Below are positions 12,520 through 25,657 of a stretch of DNA of 64,000 nt, in pieces (position 1 is the first letter of the stretch; each line of letters starts with the position of its first letter). The stretch comes from Camelus dromedarius (Eukaryota): contig NC_087437.1 of the NCBI RefSeq assembly GCF_036321535.1, forward strand, positions 2,852,001 through 2,916,000, in the 5' to 3' direction. The position numbers and the translations under genes were made by a program. Under the pieces are notes generated by a model, which was not told the origin of the DNA, did no database searches, and saw only the letters and a program-made list of their open reading frames with translations.

Positions 12520-13104
12520 CTTGGAGTGATCAGTGTTCTTCATCTGTGGTTGGTTTGGGAGGGGTGTTTAAATCCCTTTGGTGGGTCAGATCACTCCCCA
12601 CTCGGGATCCAAGGGAGCCCATGTCAGCGGCTTCGGTGTCAAGGATGCTGGGACAGCTCTTGGACAGTTCTCTACACCTCTTCCTGGCAGCCTAAGTTTA
12701 GAGGGAGCGCAGAGACAGTATGATTTAATCATTCAATGTCCGGTGTCAGGACAGGCATTGTTTCAAGAAGGCATTTCCCTTTGAAACATTCTTCCAGGTG
12801 TCAGACCACACACAAAAAATTATTTGCGGAAGAGAAAGGAGCTAAAGGTGGGGTCATTTCTTTAAAGTTCCACCTAAGAAGGGTACTTTTGACAAGAGGA
12901 AATTAACCACTTGGAGGCATTTAATTCCTCTAAATGCCTGAGAGTCTTTGGACATAACTAACAAGCCTGAAATCACAGTGGAGCCCGGCTGTAGTGTGTC
13001 CAGCCAAAATAGACCACGGTTGCTGATCTCTAGAACTGGGACTACACCCCTTCTGCGCTTTGTTTCCTAATTAACTGCTGGGTCCCACTGTTTAGTCCAA
13101 TGGA

Positions 13105-13244
13105 ATTTTTTATTTTGAGGGTTTTTTTTTGAGGGGGGGGTGGAGAGTAATTAGGTTATTTATTTTTAATGGAGGTACTGGGGACTGAATCCAGGACCTC
13201 GTGCATGCTAAGCAGGTGCTCTGCCACTGAGCTGTACCCTCCCC
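13105..13244 (-). mobile_element. tRNA-Ala-derived SINE
   Basis: Reverse-complement head and tail; caa(t/c)ggaatt flanks. Confidence 0.85.
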
Positions 13245-14207
13245 CAACAACGGAATTATTTTAGTCCAACCCAGGAATTGATGCCACGTCTAGAAGTTTA
13301 TTTTCTTTGTATAAACACTGTCTTCCTTTCCTCACCTATTGTGCTCTTCAACGTCGTGGTGAGTACTTTAGGGCTGTGGTTCTGTGGCCATGGCTGGTGG
13401 GGTGGAGATGGGATTCTGGGCTGCATTGTCTTCTGGGTCTGCTCTGATCTCCGTAGGGGAGGGCCTGGGCTGGGCTGCGCCCTGGTGTGGAGAACTCCAA
13501 GGTCAAGGGCCACCAGCTCCTTCAGAGGGGAGTTGGGTCGATGTCTGTGGTGGAACCCAATGGTCTGGCCTCTCTCAGTGCGCCTGCTTCCCGGTTAACT
13601 TGGCCCTGACTCGTCCTGTGCTGTGGGTATCCCAGAAGTCTGACTGGGCCTCCCTACTGGAAGTGCTTCTGTGAAGCCCCCGCAGACTAACTCTCAGGGG
13701 CTTTGGGGAGCTTCAGGTACCACCCATGGGGCCACAAGGCAGCATTGGACAGTTAACTGAGGACTTCCCTCTGTCTCATCATTTCTCATCGTGAAATTTT
13801 GTTTGAGGCCAGGGGGCCACACTCAGGATTTTCATTCCAGCACTGGGAACCACAGCGGGACAGGATTCTTCCTTTTTGGAAATCCCTGGAACCCCTTCCT
13901 GGTGCACCTCTGTTCTCGGGGGCTCAGGCCCAAATAACGGAGGCTGAGGTGCATCTTACCTTCCTCTGCCTCCTTTGTTCCCTCCACCTTCCCTCAGGTT
14001 GGAAGGGAGAACTCTGGGCTCCCCACTTCCGTCTTATCTTCTTTCTACCCTAGGGCAGCAAGCCTCACTGGAGCTGTCATACATCCATGGAGTGGCCTCC
14101 TTTCAGTATGTCCTCACTCAGGGTGTCGTCCCGGCATCACCTGGGAGCTTATTAAAATGCAGGATCTCAGGCCCTACTCTGACCTAACAGGTCAGATTCC
14201 GCATTTT

Positions 14208-14865
14208 AAAATTTTATTTATTTATTTATTTAACATTTTTTATTGAGTTATAGTTATTTTACAATGTTGCATCAAATGCTAGTGTAGAGCACAATTTTTC
14301 AGTTATATATGAACATACATATAGTCATTGTCACATTTTTTTCGCTGTGAGCTACCACCAGATGTTGTATGTATTTCCCTGTGCTATACAGTATAATCTT
14401 GTTTATCTGTTCTACATTTTGAAATCCTAGTCTGCCCCTTCCCACCCCCCGCCCCCTTGGCAACCACAAGTTTGTATTCTATGTCTATGAGTCTGTTTCT
14501 GTTTTGTATTTATGATTTTTTTTTAGATTCCACATATAAGCAATTGCATATTGTATTTTTCTTTCTCTTTCTGGCTTACTTCACTTAGAATGACATTCTC
14601 CAGGAACATCCATGTTGCTGCAAATGGCGTTATGTTGTTGGTTTTTATGGCTGAGTAGTATTCCATTGTATAAATACACCACATCTTCTTTATCCAGTCA
14701 TCTGTTGATGGACATTTAGGCTGTTTCCATGTCTTGGCTATTGTAAATAGTGCTGCTATGAACATTGGGGTGCAGGTGTCTTTTTGAAGTAGGGTTCCTT
14801 CTGGATATATGCCTAGGAGCAGGATGACTGGGTCATATGGTAAGTCTATTCCTAGTCTTTTGAGG
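14208..14865 (-). mobile_element. L1 3' fragment with ORF2 C-terminus
   Basis: ORF 14523-14876 (DLPYDP...[23 protein letters not shown]...); perfect 14-bp TSD agattccgcatttt. Confidence 0.95.
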
Positions 14866-14879
14866 AGATTCCGCATTTT

Positions 14880-15246
14880 TTAAAACTGAAGTATAGTCAG
14901 TTACAGTGTGTCAATCTCTGGTGCACAGCACAATGTCCCAGTCTTGCATATACATACATACATTTGTTTTCACATTCTTTTTCATTAAGGGCTATTACGA
15001 GATATTGAATATACTTTCCTGTGCTATACAGAAGAAATTTGGTTTTTATCCATTTTTATATATTGTGGTTAACATTTGTAAAATCTCAGACTCCCAAATT
15101 TACCCCTTCCCACCTGCTTTCCCTGGTAGCCGTAAGATTGTTTACTATGTCTGTAAGTCTGTTTCTTTTGTAGATGAGTTCATTAGTGTCCTCTTTTTTC
15201 TTTTCTTTTCTTTTTTCTTTTTTCTTAGATTCCACATATGAGTTAT
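14880..15246 (-). mobile_element. Second L1 3'UTR fragment
   Basis: L1 3'UTR motifs; followed by a third, diverged copy of the target site. Confidence 0.9.
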
Positions 15247-15827
15247 ACAGATTCTGCAGTTTTAACAAGACTGCCAGGTGACTATGTGCCCACTAAGGTT
15301 GGAGAAGCCTGGGTGTAGAAGAAACTGTATAATATAGCTCAGAGACCCAGCCCTTAGCTGGTTAATGCTGGTTTAAGAGATTTAAGAGATGCTTTTTCTC
15401 TTGAAAAACCTTGCTTTTATAGACCATTAAGTTGCTGCAAAATTCTATGTTGGAATTCCAGGGCTCAATATTCACTGGTTCTATTTCTGGCCCTCTCGCT
15501 GTCATGATCACTAACCACCTCAAGGGAAGTAGCTGTTTCTGCTCTAGGAGGGTCAGTAGGAGGAAATGAAGATGAGGAAGCTATTTAATCATATTAAAAT
15601 AGTATCCCTTCTAGATTTTGAAAAAAAGAGAAGGAAATGATGAGAGATGAGGTGAGTAAAACAGTTAAGTTGGTGACAACAGAACTTGTTACAGTTAAGC
15701 TTTTCTTTGATAACTTCATTCCGGTGCTGTGCAGTGTGTAAGAAGAAAGCAAATGTCATTGGTTTGTGTCACTATAGCCATGCTTCCTAACGTATATTTT
15801 GCCAAAATGCTCTAAAAGGTCGGTTTC

Positions 15828-16037
15828 TCCAGGTTCATCCATGCTGCTGCAAATGGCATTATTTTGTTATTTTTTTATGGCTGAGTAGTATCCCATTGTA
15901 TAAATATACCACAACTTCTTTATCCACTCATCTGTCGATGGACATTTAGGTTGTTTCCGTGTCTTAGCTATTGTAAACAGTGCTGCTGTGAACACTGGGG
16001 TGCATGAGTCTTTTTGAATTAAAGTTCCCTCTGGATA
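15828..16037 (-). mobile_element. L1 ORF2 C-terminal fragment
   Basis: YPEGTLIQKDSCTPVFTAALFTIAKT... Confidence 0.9.
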
Positions 16038-16680
16038 CTGAATATAATGACCTTGCTGTGTCCGGCGTCCTTCACATCCCCAGTCATTAATGCCATTTAT
16101 GTGAATCTTTGTGGCAAACATTCATTCATTTGTTTAACCAACAGGTATGCATGCTTTCTAGGTGTCTGGCACTCAATCAGGCACTGGGTTTCAAAAATAA
16201 ATGAAATATGATACCTTTTAAGAAAAAAAGGTCATTTCATAACCAATTAGTTTGCAAAATGCTATGAACTAGATATTCTTCTTGGAGACTTACAATAAAC
16301 ACTTATTATCAAGGTGCTGCAAAGTCCTTCCAAGAAATCCCTCTGACCCTATGCAGAAGGGATTTCTGAAACTCAGTTGTCCAGGGAGCTCTGTTTCGTG
16401 CAATGCCTGTTAGCATATCACAAAACTCGTGTTCTCTGGACAATCTTGTAGATGAACAAATGCTTTATATTAAATATGCAGTGATTGCCAGATCTGTGGT
16501 GTCCCCAGGATCCACCCGGTGGCTTGTAACTGGTCCAACTGGGCCAGATTCTTCTTGCTCACCAGCAAGGTCCAGGGCCCTGGATCTGTAGGACTCTCTA
16601 AGAAGTGCCCCACCCCCCGTCCTGGACCCAGCTGCCCTCGATGCTGGGTTTTGGATCTAGTCCTTGTTTCCTGCCTTTCT

Positions 16681-16834
16681 TTTTTTATTTTTAGTTTTAT
16701 TTTTTGACAGAGGAACAGGTAATTAGGTTTATTTGTTTGTTTATTTTTATTTTTTAATGGAGGTACTGGGGATTGAACCTAGGACCTTGTGCTTGCTAAG
16801 CACACACTCTACCCCTGAGCTATCCCCTCCCCCC
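16681..16834 (-). mobile_element. tRNA-Ala-derived SINE
   Basis: TSD ttcc(t/c)gcctttct. Confidence 0.9.
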
Positions 16835-17125
16835 ACTTCCCGCCTTTCTAATCCGCTAATTCTTTTGACAGTATGGATTGTCGACCTGCCTCTCAATTCT
16901 GTTTTCCCTCGGATGCTACGTCTTAGAACTTGAAGTTGAGGGCCAAACAGATGATAAAGAAGTTGACATCCCTTGCACAGTCCAGCTCCGGCTCCCGGGC
17001 TGGATTCCCAGGACTTGCTGATGAGGTGGAAAGTTGGAGAATCACTGTAGTAAATATACTCCCATGAGTCAGCACCAATCTCCTGACAACAGCTACAAGA
17101 AGCAAAGGCATGGCTTTGCAAACCC

Positions 17126-17236
17126 AAAAGGAGAACACGGAATCTGCAAAGGATTTTTGTGTCATTTCCTCGTGTGGTCTTGGAAAAGTTTTCAAATTTG
17201 GTGTGAGGCTAGTCTGACAGATTCTTCCTGCCAACA
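17126..17236 (-). pseudogene. Candidate exon LAGRICQTSLTPNLKTFPRPHEEMTQKSFADSVFSFW
   Basis: Acceptor gctttctttatacag. Donor uncertain; the frame stays open to 16923. Confidence 0.4.
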
Positions 17237-17539
17237 CTGTATAAAGAAAGCACATGCCTATTTAGAGAGGATGGGGACTCAGAGATTCCTGTGTTTTCTT
17301 GTACTTGTGTGCAATGTGTTTGAAAAGCAAGCCTCATTCTACGGTTATGCATCTAGTCAACTGGGTATAGATTAGCACAAAGCACATTCCACGGAAATCA
17401 TTTTGGTAGATAGGCATCAGAAGAGAGTCCTCTGCTCAGAACAAAGTTGGGAACTGCTGGGATGATCATTGAAACATTGGTGGGGTCACAGTGAGATGGA
17501 AGGAATTCCAGAGAGCTGACGGAATGTCAGGAGGTAGTA

Positions 17540-17942
17540 GAATTCCACACCCAGGCTAAGCCATGGCCTCAGAGTCAGTGCCTTGCACTGGGGTGCGGCC
17601 ATGTGTCTTGCTTTGGCCAGCGGGATGTTAGCAGACCTGACATGACCAGAAGCTTCTAATGTGTCTGTGCACGAGTGTCCCCTGGGCAGCTGCTGCTCTT
17701 TCAGTCTGGGTCCTGGCATGAGAACTGCAGATGCTGACCTGAGCCCAACAGTACAGCCCAAACCCATACAGCCAGTCTTCAGCCTGAAACAAAAGTGCCC
17801 AACTGAGCCCAGCCTAGATCAGCCAAATTATTGTCAACCCACAGATTCGTGAGTGTCAGAGTAATTGCTTGCCATAAGCCACAGACTTTGGGGGGGGTTG
17901 TTTGTTATGTGGCACTATTGTGGCGATAGCTGCCTAATACAC
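17540..17942. mobile_element. MaLR (MLT1-like) LTR relic; similar relics near 8020-8280, 24900-25370, 37770-38210, 55260-55490, 56050-56450, 58020-58575, 59395-59870 and 60215-60750
   Basis: End motif ttgttatgtggcactattgtggcgatagctgcctaataca and related MLT1-type text. Confidence 0.65.
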
Positions 17943-18824
17943 TGGGCTAAATAAAGTTAAACAGGTTTCTCAATTGCATTGTTTCTTAGAGATTTTCTTC
18001 TTCTATGTGCATAGCACATCTTTAAGATGGCCATGGAATGAGTGACATCTCTCACTGGACCTTTATTTTTCAGAACAATTTCTGATACCAAGGCAGGTAG
18101 AGAAATAACCAGAGCTGGCCTCTAGGGGGAGGGTAGTTAATCCTCCCCTTCCCCTCTGCCCACAGTGCAACACACACACACACAGAAGCCCACCCTCATA
18201 AGAAGGACTGCTAATGTGATGGGTTACAGCCAGCTGGTCACAGGGTCGTGGTGTGAGGAAGAATCGTTTTGGGCATGGACAGGGGAAAGGGGAAATTTTT
18301 GAAGTTGCTCCGTCTCTTACCTTTTTGCACATAGCTGTTAATATAGGTATAGCAAATATTCATGCTTTGGGAGATGGAGACAAAAGACAATATGAAGTAT
18401 GGACCGTAATGCTCTGTCTGAGGTGGGGAAGATGCTTAGCTATGAGGAATTGAGGAGGGAAATACGAAGCGTGACAAGAAGTCATCCTAGTTACCGCGCC
18501 CGTTCGTTCACTGGGGTGTGTCCTTCCTAGGCTCTTCTAGTGCATCCTTTTCTCCTGGGAGGGCTGATTGGAGCTGCAGCCTCATTGAGAGAGGCCTCCT
18601 GCCTTGAGAAAGCCCAGGCTGGGTGACCCCGCCACTCTACTCAGGGTCTGGAGCGGGGTGCCCCAACCTCCGGGTGCAGAGGTTCCTGGGTCTCTCCTTC
18701 CTTGGCTGCTCTTGCCGTTGAGGGGATGAATCCTAGATGCTGAGCTAAGAAGACCAGGGAGGACATTTGCTTCTAGCCTTTGGGACAGCAGCAGAAACAC
18801 TCCTCCTGTTTTCTAGACCTAGAT

Positions 18825-19010
18825 AGTGAATGTTTCAGTCTTCGTGGGCCACACAGTCTAGATCACAACTACGCGTCTCCGTCCTTGTAGTGTGAAAAGT
18901 CATAGACAGTGCTTAAATGCGCAAATGTGGCCGGGGTCCAATAAAGCTGTATTCCCCCAAATAGGTGGTGGGGTGAATTCTGCCCACGGGTCATAGTTGG
19001 CTGACCTCTG
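18825..19010. mobile_element. MER58A-like DNA transposon (another near 21948-22148)
   Basis: gtgggccacacagtc...tagttggctgacctctg. Confidence 0.65.
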
Positions 19011-19084
19011 CTTGGGGCAATGGCTTCTCGCAGCTAACAGATCCCTGTGCTTTAAGCCACCAAAACCCATGGTAAAGAAAGTAC

Positions 19085-19197
19085 ATCTTCTGAGCTTTTC
19101 CCTCTGCCCTTCTTGCTCATGAACCTGTGGCTCTGAGTGCTGGATTTGAAGACCTGGGTTTTTGTCACCTTTTTCTCTTTTTTATGGATACCATTCC
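19085..19197 (-). pseudogene. Candidate exon NGIHKKEKKVTKTQVFKSSTQSHRFMSKKGRGKSSED
   Basis: Long T tract plus cccag acceptor. The phase-1 start matches exon 20142-20183. Donor weak. Confidence 0.45.
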
Positions 19198-19201
19198 CTG
19201 G

Positions 19202-19235
<34 letters not shown>

Positions 19236-19371
19236 GCAAAAAACCTCAAAAAACAAAAGAATTTTTTTTGAGATGCTCTTGTGAGGTAAGCTTTACCTAT
19301 GAAAAATTTGCTCCTATTTTGCAGATACTTAACATTTACTTTTGAATTTTCTACGAAAGACACTTCAGAGT

Positions 19372-19459
19372 GGGGAGGATGCAGTTCAGTGGTAGAGCGC
19401 ATGCTTAGCATGCACGAGGTCTCGGGTTCAATCCCCAGTACCTCCACTGAAAAAAAAAA
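19372..19459 (+). mobile_element. tRNA-Ala-derived SINE (short form)
   Basis: Head plus poly(A); aaagaca flanks. Confidence 0.85.
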
Positions 19460-20141
19460 GACATGTTAGGGAAAATTTCAGCAGCAAAATAAATTGCAGC
19501 AAACTAAATATCACAGCTTGAAATTGCAAAAAGGCAAGTGAGATTTGCAAGATAATCACCAGGAGGCATAAGGCACCGGCGCACGGCTTGTGCGTGAGAC
19601 GGCACTTTCAGCTCCGTGGTAGGTCAGTAGGGATGACGATGAATTCAGCTCCACGCTAATGAGACCCACGCTGTCCACACAGCAGCCTTCCTGCATTTCT
19701 GCACATCTGAAACTTTAATGACACGATCTCGACATGTGGCCCAGATTTCTTCCCTTTCATGAATCACCTGCATTTTGTGCCATCACTGTTTCTTACAGGA
19801 TACCTGCAGATAGTTGGTTTAAGCAAGCTGAACCAGAGCTCCCCTGAGAAGTCATCCCTGCTCTACAGGATCCACTTAATTGCCAGCTTTGCTAGATCAC
19901 CCATCAGGTCACCCCAAAACTTTTCCAAAGACACAGAGCCCAAATCAAGGCGTGGGGGCATTTGACAGTTGCCAGCGTGTGGCTGCCTGTTTCTGCGTTT
20001 TGATATCAATGGTTTCATTTTCAGGCTGGCAAAGCAAATAGGTCTTAGGCACCTGTGTCCCTTAGTTCCATAGAGAGCAGTTTCTTTCGACACTGTGGAA
20101 GTATGGAGAATACAAGCAGAGAATTCTAGCTGCTAACTTAC

Positions 20142-20183
20142 GAATCTCTGTCTTAAATTCTATCCTGTTGGTTTCTCTGAAGT
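20142..20183 (-). pseudogene. Candidate 42-nt exon FRETNRIEFKTEI
   Basis: Acceptor ttgattttacag, donor C|gtaagt. Confidence 0.6.
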
Positions 20184-20429
20184 CTGTAAAATCAAATTAC
20201 ACAAGTTTCTGTCTGATTTCCTCCCCAAACCTTACATGCCTTTGTGTCCTCTCATTTTGATGTCTAATGAGGGGGATAGGGTTCATGCTTATCAGCTGGT
20301 CGTCTTGAGGTCCACAAAGCCATCGCCACAGTGAAAAAGCACAGGTAACAGTCCCAATTAGAAAAATGGGAGTATCTTTCTTCTAAAAGAACCAGAAGCA
20401 GTAGCCTGGGTTACATTTGCTTTGGATAA

Positions 20430-20970
20430 GTTTTTCTTTTTTAATTGAAGTATAGTCAGTTACAATGTATCAATTTCTGGTGTACAGCGTCATGTTTCAG
20501 TGATACATGTACATACAGATATTCCTTTTCATGTTCTTTTCCATTATATGTGACTAATTGAATATAGTTCCCTGTGCTATACAGTAGGTCCTTGCTGATT
20601 ACCTATTTTATATACAGTAGTCAGTATCTGCAAATCCCAAACTCCCAATTTATCCCTTCTCAGCCCCTCTCCCCACTGGTAACCATAAATTTGTTTTCTA
20701 TGTCTGTGAGTATGTTTCTGCTTTGTAAAATAAGTTCATTTGTGTCATTTTTTTTTTTTAGATTCCACATACGAGTGATATCATATGGTATTTTTCTTTC
20801 TCTTTCTGACTTACTTCACTTAGAATGATGATCTCTAGGTCCATCCATGTTGCTACAAATGGCATTATTTTATTCTTTCTAATGGCTGAGTAGTATTCCG
20901 TTGTGTACTCCACATATATATACACACACATCACATCTTCTTTATCCAGCATCTGTTGATGGACATTAGG
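20430..20970 (-). mobile_element. L1 3' fragment
   Basis: EYYSAIRKNKIMPFVATWMDLEIIILSEVSQ plus 3'UTR. Confidence 0.9.
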
Positions 20971-23755
20971 TAACTTCAAGGAAGATATACTTTTGCAGTT
21001 CAATGTACAATTCAGATTGTGTATATATTGATTTAGTTGTTCTTAGTTTGTTGTTTGCATATCTTGTATGTAACAATATCCAGACATAACGATATGTTTT
21101 GTATTATAGCTCCCTTAGGGTAAGTGCTTAGAAATACCTCTTTAATCCATATTTATGAAGCAGCTACTATGTGCAAGTAAAGTGTAGTGCTGTCTCCTCA
21201 ATGAATGGCTCAGCACCACTCATTTTAGAATCACCTGTGGTGCTTGTGGATGCTTGCTAAGTGTATGGATTCCACCCCAGGACCCACCCCAGACCTACTG
21301 TAACGTGGTATCTAGATGTGGGACCTGGAATCTGCATTCCAGATGAGGCATATTGGGAATCACTTGTGAGTAGCGGCCTGAGTGGGCAATGGTTGGAGCA
21401 TCCGTGCTGGATGAACTGTGTCCCTGAAGTCCTGTTGGTCAGCTGTGGGCACAGGAGCCAGCCAGGTGTGGGTAAGCCCACTGGTGGGGGCCAGGGGTAA
21501 AGGAAAGGCACAGTGCCTGCCGCCAGTTGGGTTTTTGGGGAGGCTGAGTCTGCCTTGGAGATTTGAGTGCATTCAGTTTACGGGCGGTGCTTGCAGGACC
21601 AGAGGAGGAGAGGAGAAGTGGGAAGACGGAGAAGCTGTACTGTGATGCTTTCACACCAGAGGCCTCTGTCCATGTCCCAGGGGCTCTGAAGCCAGGAGGG
21701 CCTTTCAGAGCCATCCTGGATCGGGTCAGATGGATGTGGCCCCCACGTTCCCCATCACCAGTGCCTGGATGCGGGCCCCCTCTAAGCCGACAGACTGGAC
21801 CTTGGGCCAGGCGTCTGTCTTCAGCTGAGAGCAGGCCCCAAACAGGGCCTCAGTCAAGAGCACTCAGCCTCCACAGTTGCCAGTGCCTAGAGCTGTGAGT
21901 GCGTTAGACTCCGGGGTGGGGCAGGCGTCACTCAGCCTCCCGGAAGGCAGGGCTTGGTGAACTGTGGCCCACGGGCCACATGCAGCCAGCCACACCTTCT
22001 AGGAAATGAGCTTTTACTGGGACACGGCCGTGCTGCTTCACTTACCTGTGGTCTGTGACGGGTTTCCCGCTGCGATGGCCGAGTTCAGTGGTTGTGCCTA
22101 AGATCTTTATGGTCTGGCCCTTTAAGAAGAAGTTTGCTGCGGACCCCGAGGCAGACGTGCTTTCTTCAACAGAAGGGCTTTGTGACACTTTTTCCAAATG
22201 TTAGGGTTGTAAGGGGCCGGGTGGAAGGAGGGAAAGGCAGCAGAAGGAGACACTCTGGCTTAGGCAGGGGGCCTCGTTAAAAATTTTGCTTCAGACAATT
22301 TAGGTACGAGGACCCAACCTCCCTAGGATCCCACTGCGGTCATCTGCAGCCTGGTGCCAGGTTTCCTCTTTCCTTTACACCCTGGGGTCAGAGAAGGAGG
22401 TCCTTGACTATTCTCACCAAGGTGATGCAATCCACTAAAGGCTTGTGTGTTTTTATATTTTTAAACTCATTTGCTGCACAGAAAGAGGGTGGTCAACTCA
22501 GTCTCTCTTGCGTTTAAACAGGGCCTGGGATTGGAAAAGATGTGGAATATTCTGAAGCCCTAAGGCCTCTGGCAGACGAGAGGGGAGAAATTTGGAGGAG
22601 CCTTAAACACATCTGGATGTCCAGTCTATCAGCCAAGACATGCGTTTCAGACACATCAAGCCTCTGAAGCTCTAGGAAGGGCTTGTCCATTTCAGTGGGG
22701 AAAGTGCTGCTGCTTCCTCATACCCTCAAAATAGGGAGTTTCCATGACAACGGTCCTAACTTAAACAGATGCACGTCCATCTCTTTGCTCTGGGGGAAGA
22801 CAGTGTTTCAAAGGCTCTGTTCTGCTTGTTGATCACTTTTAGAGTCAGAAAGACGCTCTGACTCATAACTTCCCAGGGGACTGGGCCCATCTCGCTAAGC
22901 CGTCTCCACAAGCTGGGAATCACTGTTTTGGGGCCGAACCCAGCCCCCTGCAGAGGCCAGAAACCCAGTGCTCTCTGCGCAGCAGAGCAGTTAGATGCCT
23001 TTGAAGTCTTGGGTCTGGGCTGAGAGGGTGAAGGATGCAAGACCATCAGAGTAGGCACCTTCAGCCTGGAGCCCTTCCGGGGGCAGGTGGGAGGGAAGGT
23101 TCAGGAAGAAAATGTAAGCTTTTGGAGGGTGAGGGCAGTGTTTCTTAAATCAGGACAAAAGACCATCAGCATCAGAATCACTTGGAGAGAGTGATATAAA
23201 AAAACCTCCTGGGCCCCAACTCAGTCCTTCCACATCAGATTCTGGGAGAGCAGGACCCCAGAATCCTGGCTTTTAAAAAAAAGCTCTTCAGGTGGTGCTG
23301 ACTTCAGCTCATGGTTTTCTCCATTGCTGTCTGCCGCAGCCAGGGGAAAAGTGTTCACGTGACCATCAAGAACAAATCTGTGGGTGGATAAGATCCCAAT
23401 GGGGAACTTGCATTCGGGTGGGTTTGGCATCTGGGGATGTGGTGGTGATACCATTAGGGTTTGTGATTTTATATATGTAAACCGCAGAGCTCTCATTCAT
23501 TCTTTGAAAATCCAGTTCACAAACATTGAAACATTTATTGACCACCTACTGTGTCACAGTCATTGTGCTAGGCTCTGGGGGTACCAAGAAGTAGACAAAG
23601 GATCTCTGCTCTCCGGGAGTTGACAGTTGGATCATTGCTCCCATTTCACAGTCAGTGGACTGTGGTCCAAACATGTTAAGCAGCTGACAAAGGTGGACTG
23701 CTGGTACCTGGCCGATCTGAGACTCAGTGCTGAACTCCTGAATCCTAGTCTTGAG

Positions 23756-24037
23756 TTTTTTTTAATTGAATTATGATCAGTTTATAATGTTGTATCCATT
23801 TCTGGTGCACAGCATAGTGCTTCAGTCATACATATACATACATATATTTTTTCATATTCTTTTTCATTATAGGTTATTACAAGATATTGAATATAGTTCC
23901 CAATGCTGTACAGTAGGACCTTATTGTTTATCTATTCTATGTTTAGTAGTAGTGTCTGCACATCCCGAACTCCTTATTTATCTTTCCCTACCCCATTTCC
24001 CCCTAGTAACCATAAATTTGTTTTCTATGTCTGTGAG
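23756..24037 (-). mobile_element. L1 3'UTR fragment
   Basis: 3'UTR motifs; ttgagtt flanks. Confidence 0.85.
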
Positions 24038-25419
24038 TTGAGTTCTTTTGATTCCACTGTCTACCTTTTTAGAGGCAATGATGCCTTTGAAAAAAAAATA
24101 GACCTGGCTTGGAACATGCTATGAATATAGAGAATCACACAGCACGTCTTTACCACCTTTTTCACATCACAGCCTTCTCTTTGGAGCCCACAATCCTGCT
24201 GTCATTTGAGAATGATCCTGAGGGTGCAATTCTCTCACTAAAATCATGTTCAAGCCTTGAGACTTTCTTGAGTGAAAGGATTCTTTAACATAATGCTTTT
24301 GGAAACCTTCCTAAGGAAGCTCTCTTAAAAGGAGGTCACAGAGGACAAGGTCAAGTACTGCAGCGATATTGAATAAGAGGAAAATGGAGACAGAATCATT
24401 GAATGGGGATTGGGGGGGCACTTAGGAGGCTAGGAGTGACCTTGGGTGAGCACTTCCTGTCCGGTGATGTGAACAGAAGCCAGAAATCATGAGACAGAGC
24501 AAGGGAAGAGCAGGAGAAACATGTTGAGCTGAATCAGATTATTGGGACAGAAGGGGGCAGGTAGATGGTGGGAACTGAGGCCGGGAGCAAAATCTGGCCA
24601 GAGGAACAGGGACATTGAGCACCAGGAGGGGTGGGTGATTGTGGAGTTGGGTTGTTTCCAGACCTGCCAAGCTACTCGCAGAGGCTGGGGCTCACGCTCA
24701 CCCAGGTGGGCAGAACAAGACTTGTCACTGGGGGTGGGGCTCTGTGGAGGGCTAAGAGGGGGCTCTCATTCCAGACCTGACCTCTGACTAGTGTCTGCAC
24801 TTGTCACTCAGCAGCCATCTGCTTTCTGTTTCTCCGGCATCATCTCGCAAAGAGCATTTGCCCCCAGAGTGGGTCTTCTATGGGTATGTCTCTCCATGGA
24901 GCTTTTGTTGTACACCTAACCATCCTGAAATTTTATGATTTCAAACAACCACTGTTTATTTAGCTTACAGTTCTGGGGGTGGCAGGGTTATAGCTGGGGT
25001 CACGTGTGTGCCTGTGGTCACTTGCTGGTCAGCTAAGAGGCTCTGTTTCTGGGGTTTGCTGGCTGGTGGCTGCAGTATGAGGTGACTGGGCCAGTGGTCC
25101 TCCATCCTCTAGAGGGCTGCCCTGGGCTTGGTCACATGGTGACTTGGCAGGATTCCAAGAAAAAGAATGTAAGGTCTTGAGGTGTAGGCTCAAAACTGGT
25201 ACAGAGTCACCTCTGCTGTGTTCTCTTGGCCAAACCAAGTACAAGTCCAGCTCAGTCCCGAAAGATTAGGAAATAGGCAATCGATGGGAGGAACTGCCAA
25301 ATCACCTTGCAAATGGATGTGGAAGCAGAGAGAGGAATCACGGGGGCGACATCTGCGAACAATCTACCCAATATCCTGCTTATGCGAGCAGGTGGGGCCC
25401 GCCATATTGGAACGTAAGT

Positions 25420-25657
25420 CACACTTGATGGTTTGCACAGAAAATCAACTCCTCTTCCTGAGGGTGAGGACTGTCCAGCACCCACTGAATGAATCACTGG
25501 CTGCAGCATGATTACACCCCCATTGCTTGGTCTTTGGTCTAGAGAGCATGCTTCTTGGTCCTGATCACCTTCACCATGCTCTGTTGTCCTTTGAATTTGA
25601 AATGCTTTTGGTAACAGCTTGCTATCCAAGGGAACCAGTTCTGGGAGGAATGCATAA
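25420..25657 (-). pseudogene. Candidate exon YAFLPELVPLDSKLLPKAFQIQRTTEH...
   Basis: Lies within the 177-codon open frame 25252-25785. Weak acceptor tttctgctcgag. The phase-2 start is compatible with exon 32944-33012. The 3' boundary is unknown. Confidence 0.35.

Noticed and set aside
12915..12939. 9-bp inverted repeat aggcattta...taaatgcct
   Set aside because: Short, isolated and expected by chance in 64 kb.
14523..14876. L1 ORF2-derived ORFs as host genes (also 41348-41734, 47788-47988, 56912-57345)
   Set aside because: They are truncated retrotransposon fragments.
19372..19446. tRNA-Ala(AGC)-like genes (also at 60068, 10795 and others)
   Set aside because: They have A-rich tails, flanking direct repeats, stem-breaking substitutions and many dispersed copies, so they are SINEs rather than tRNA genes.
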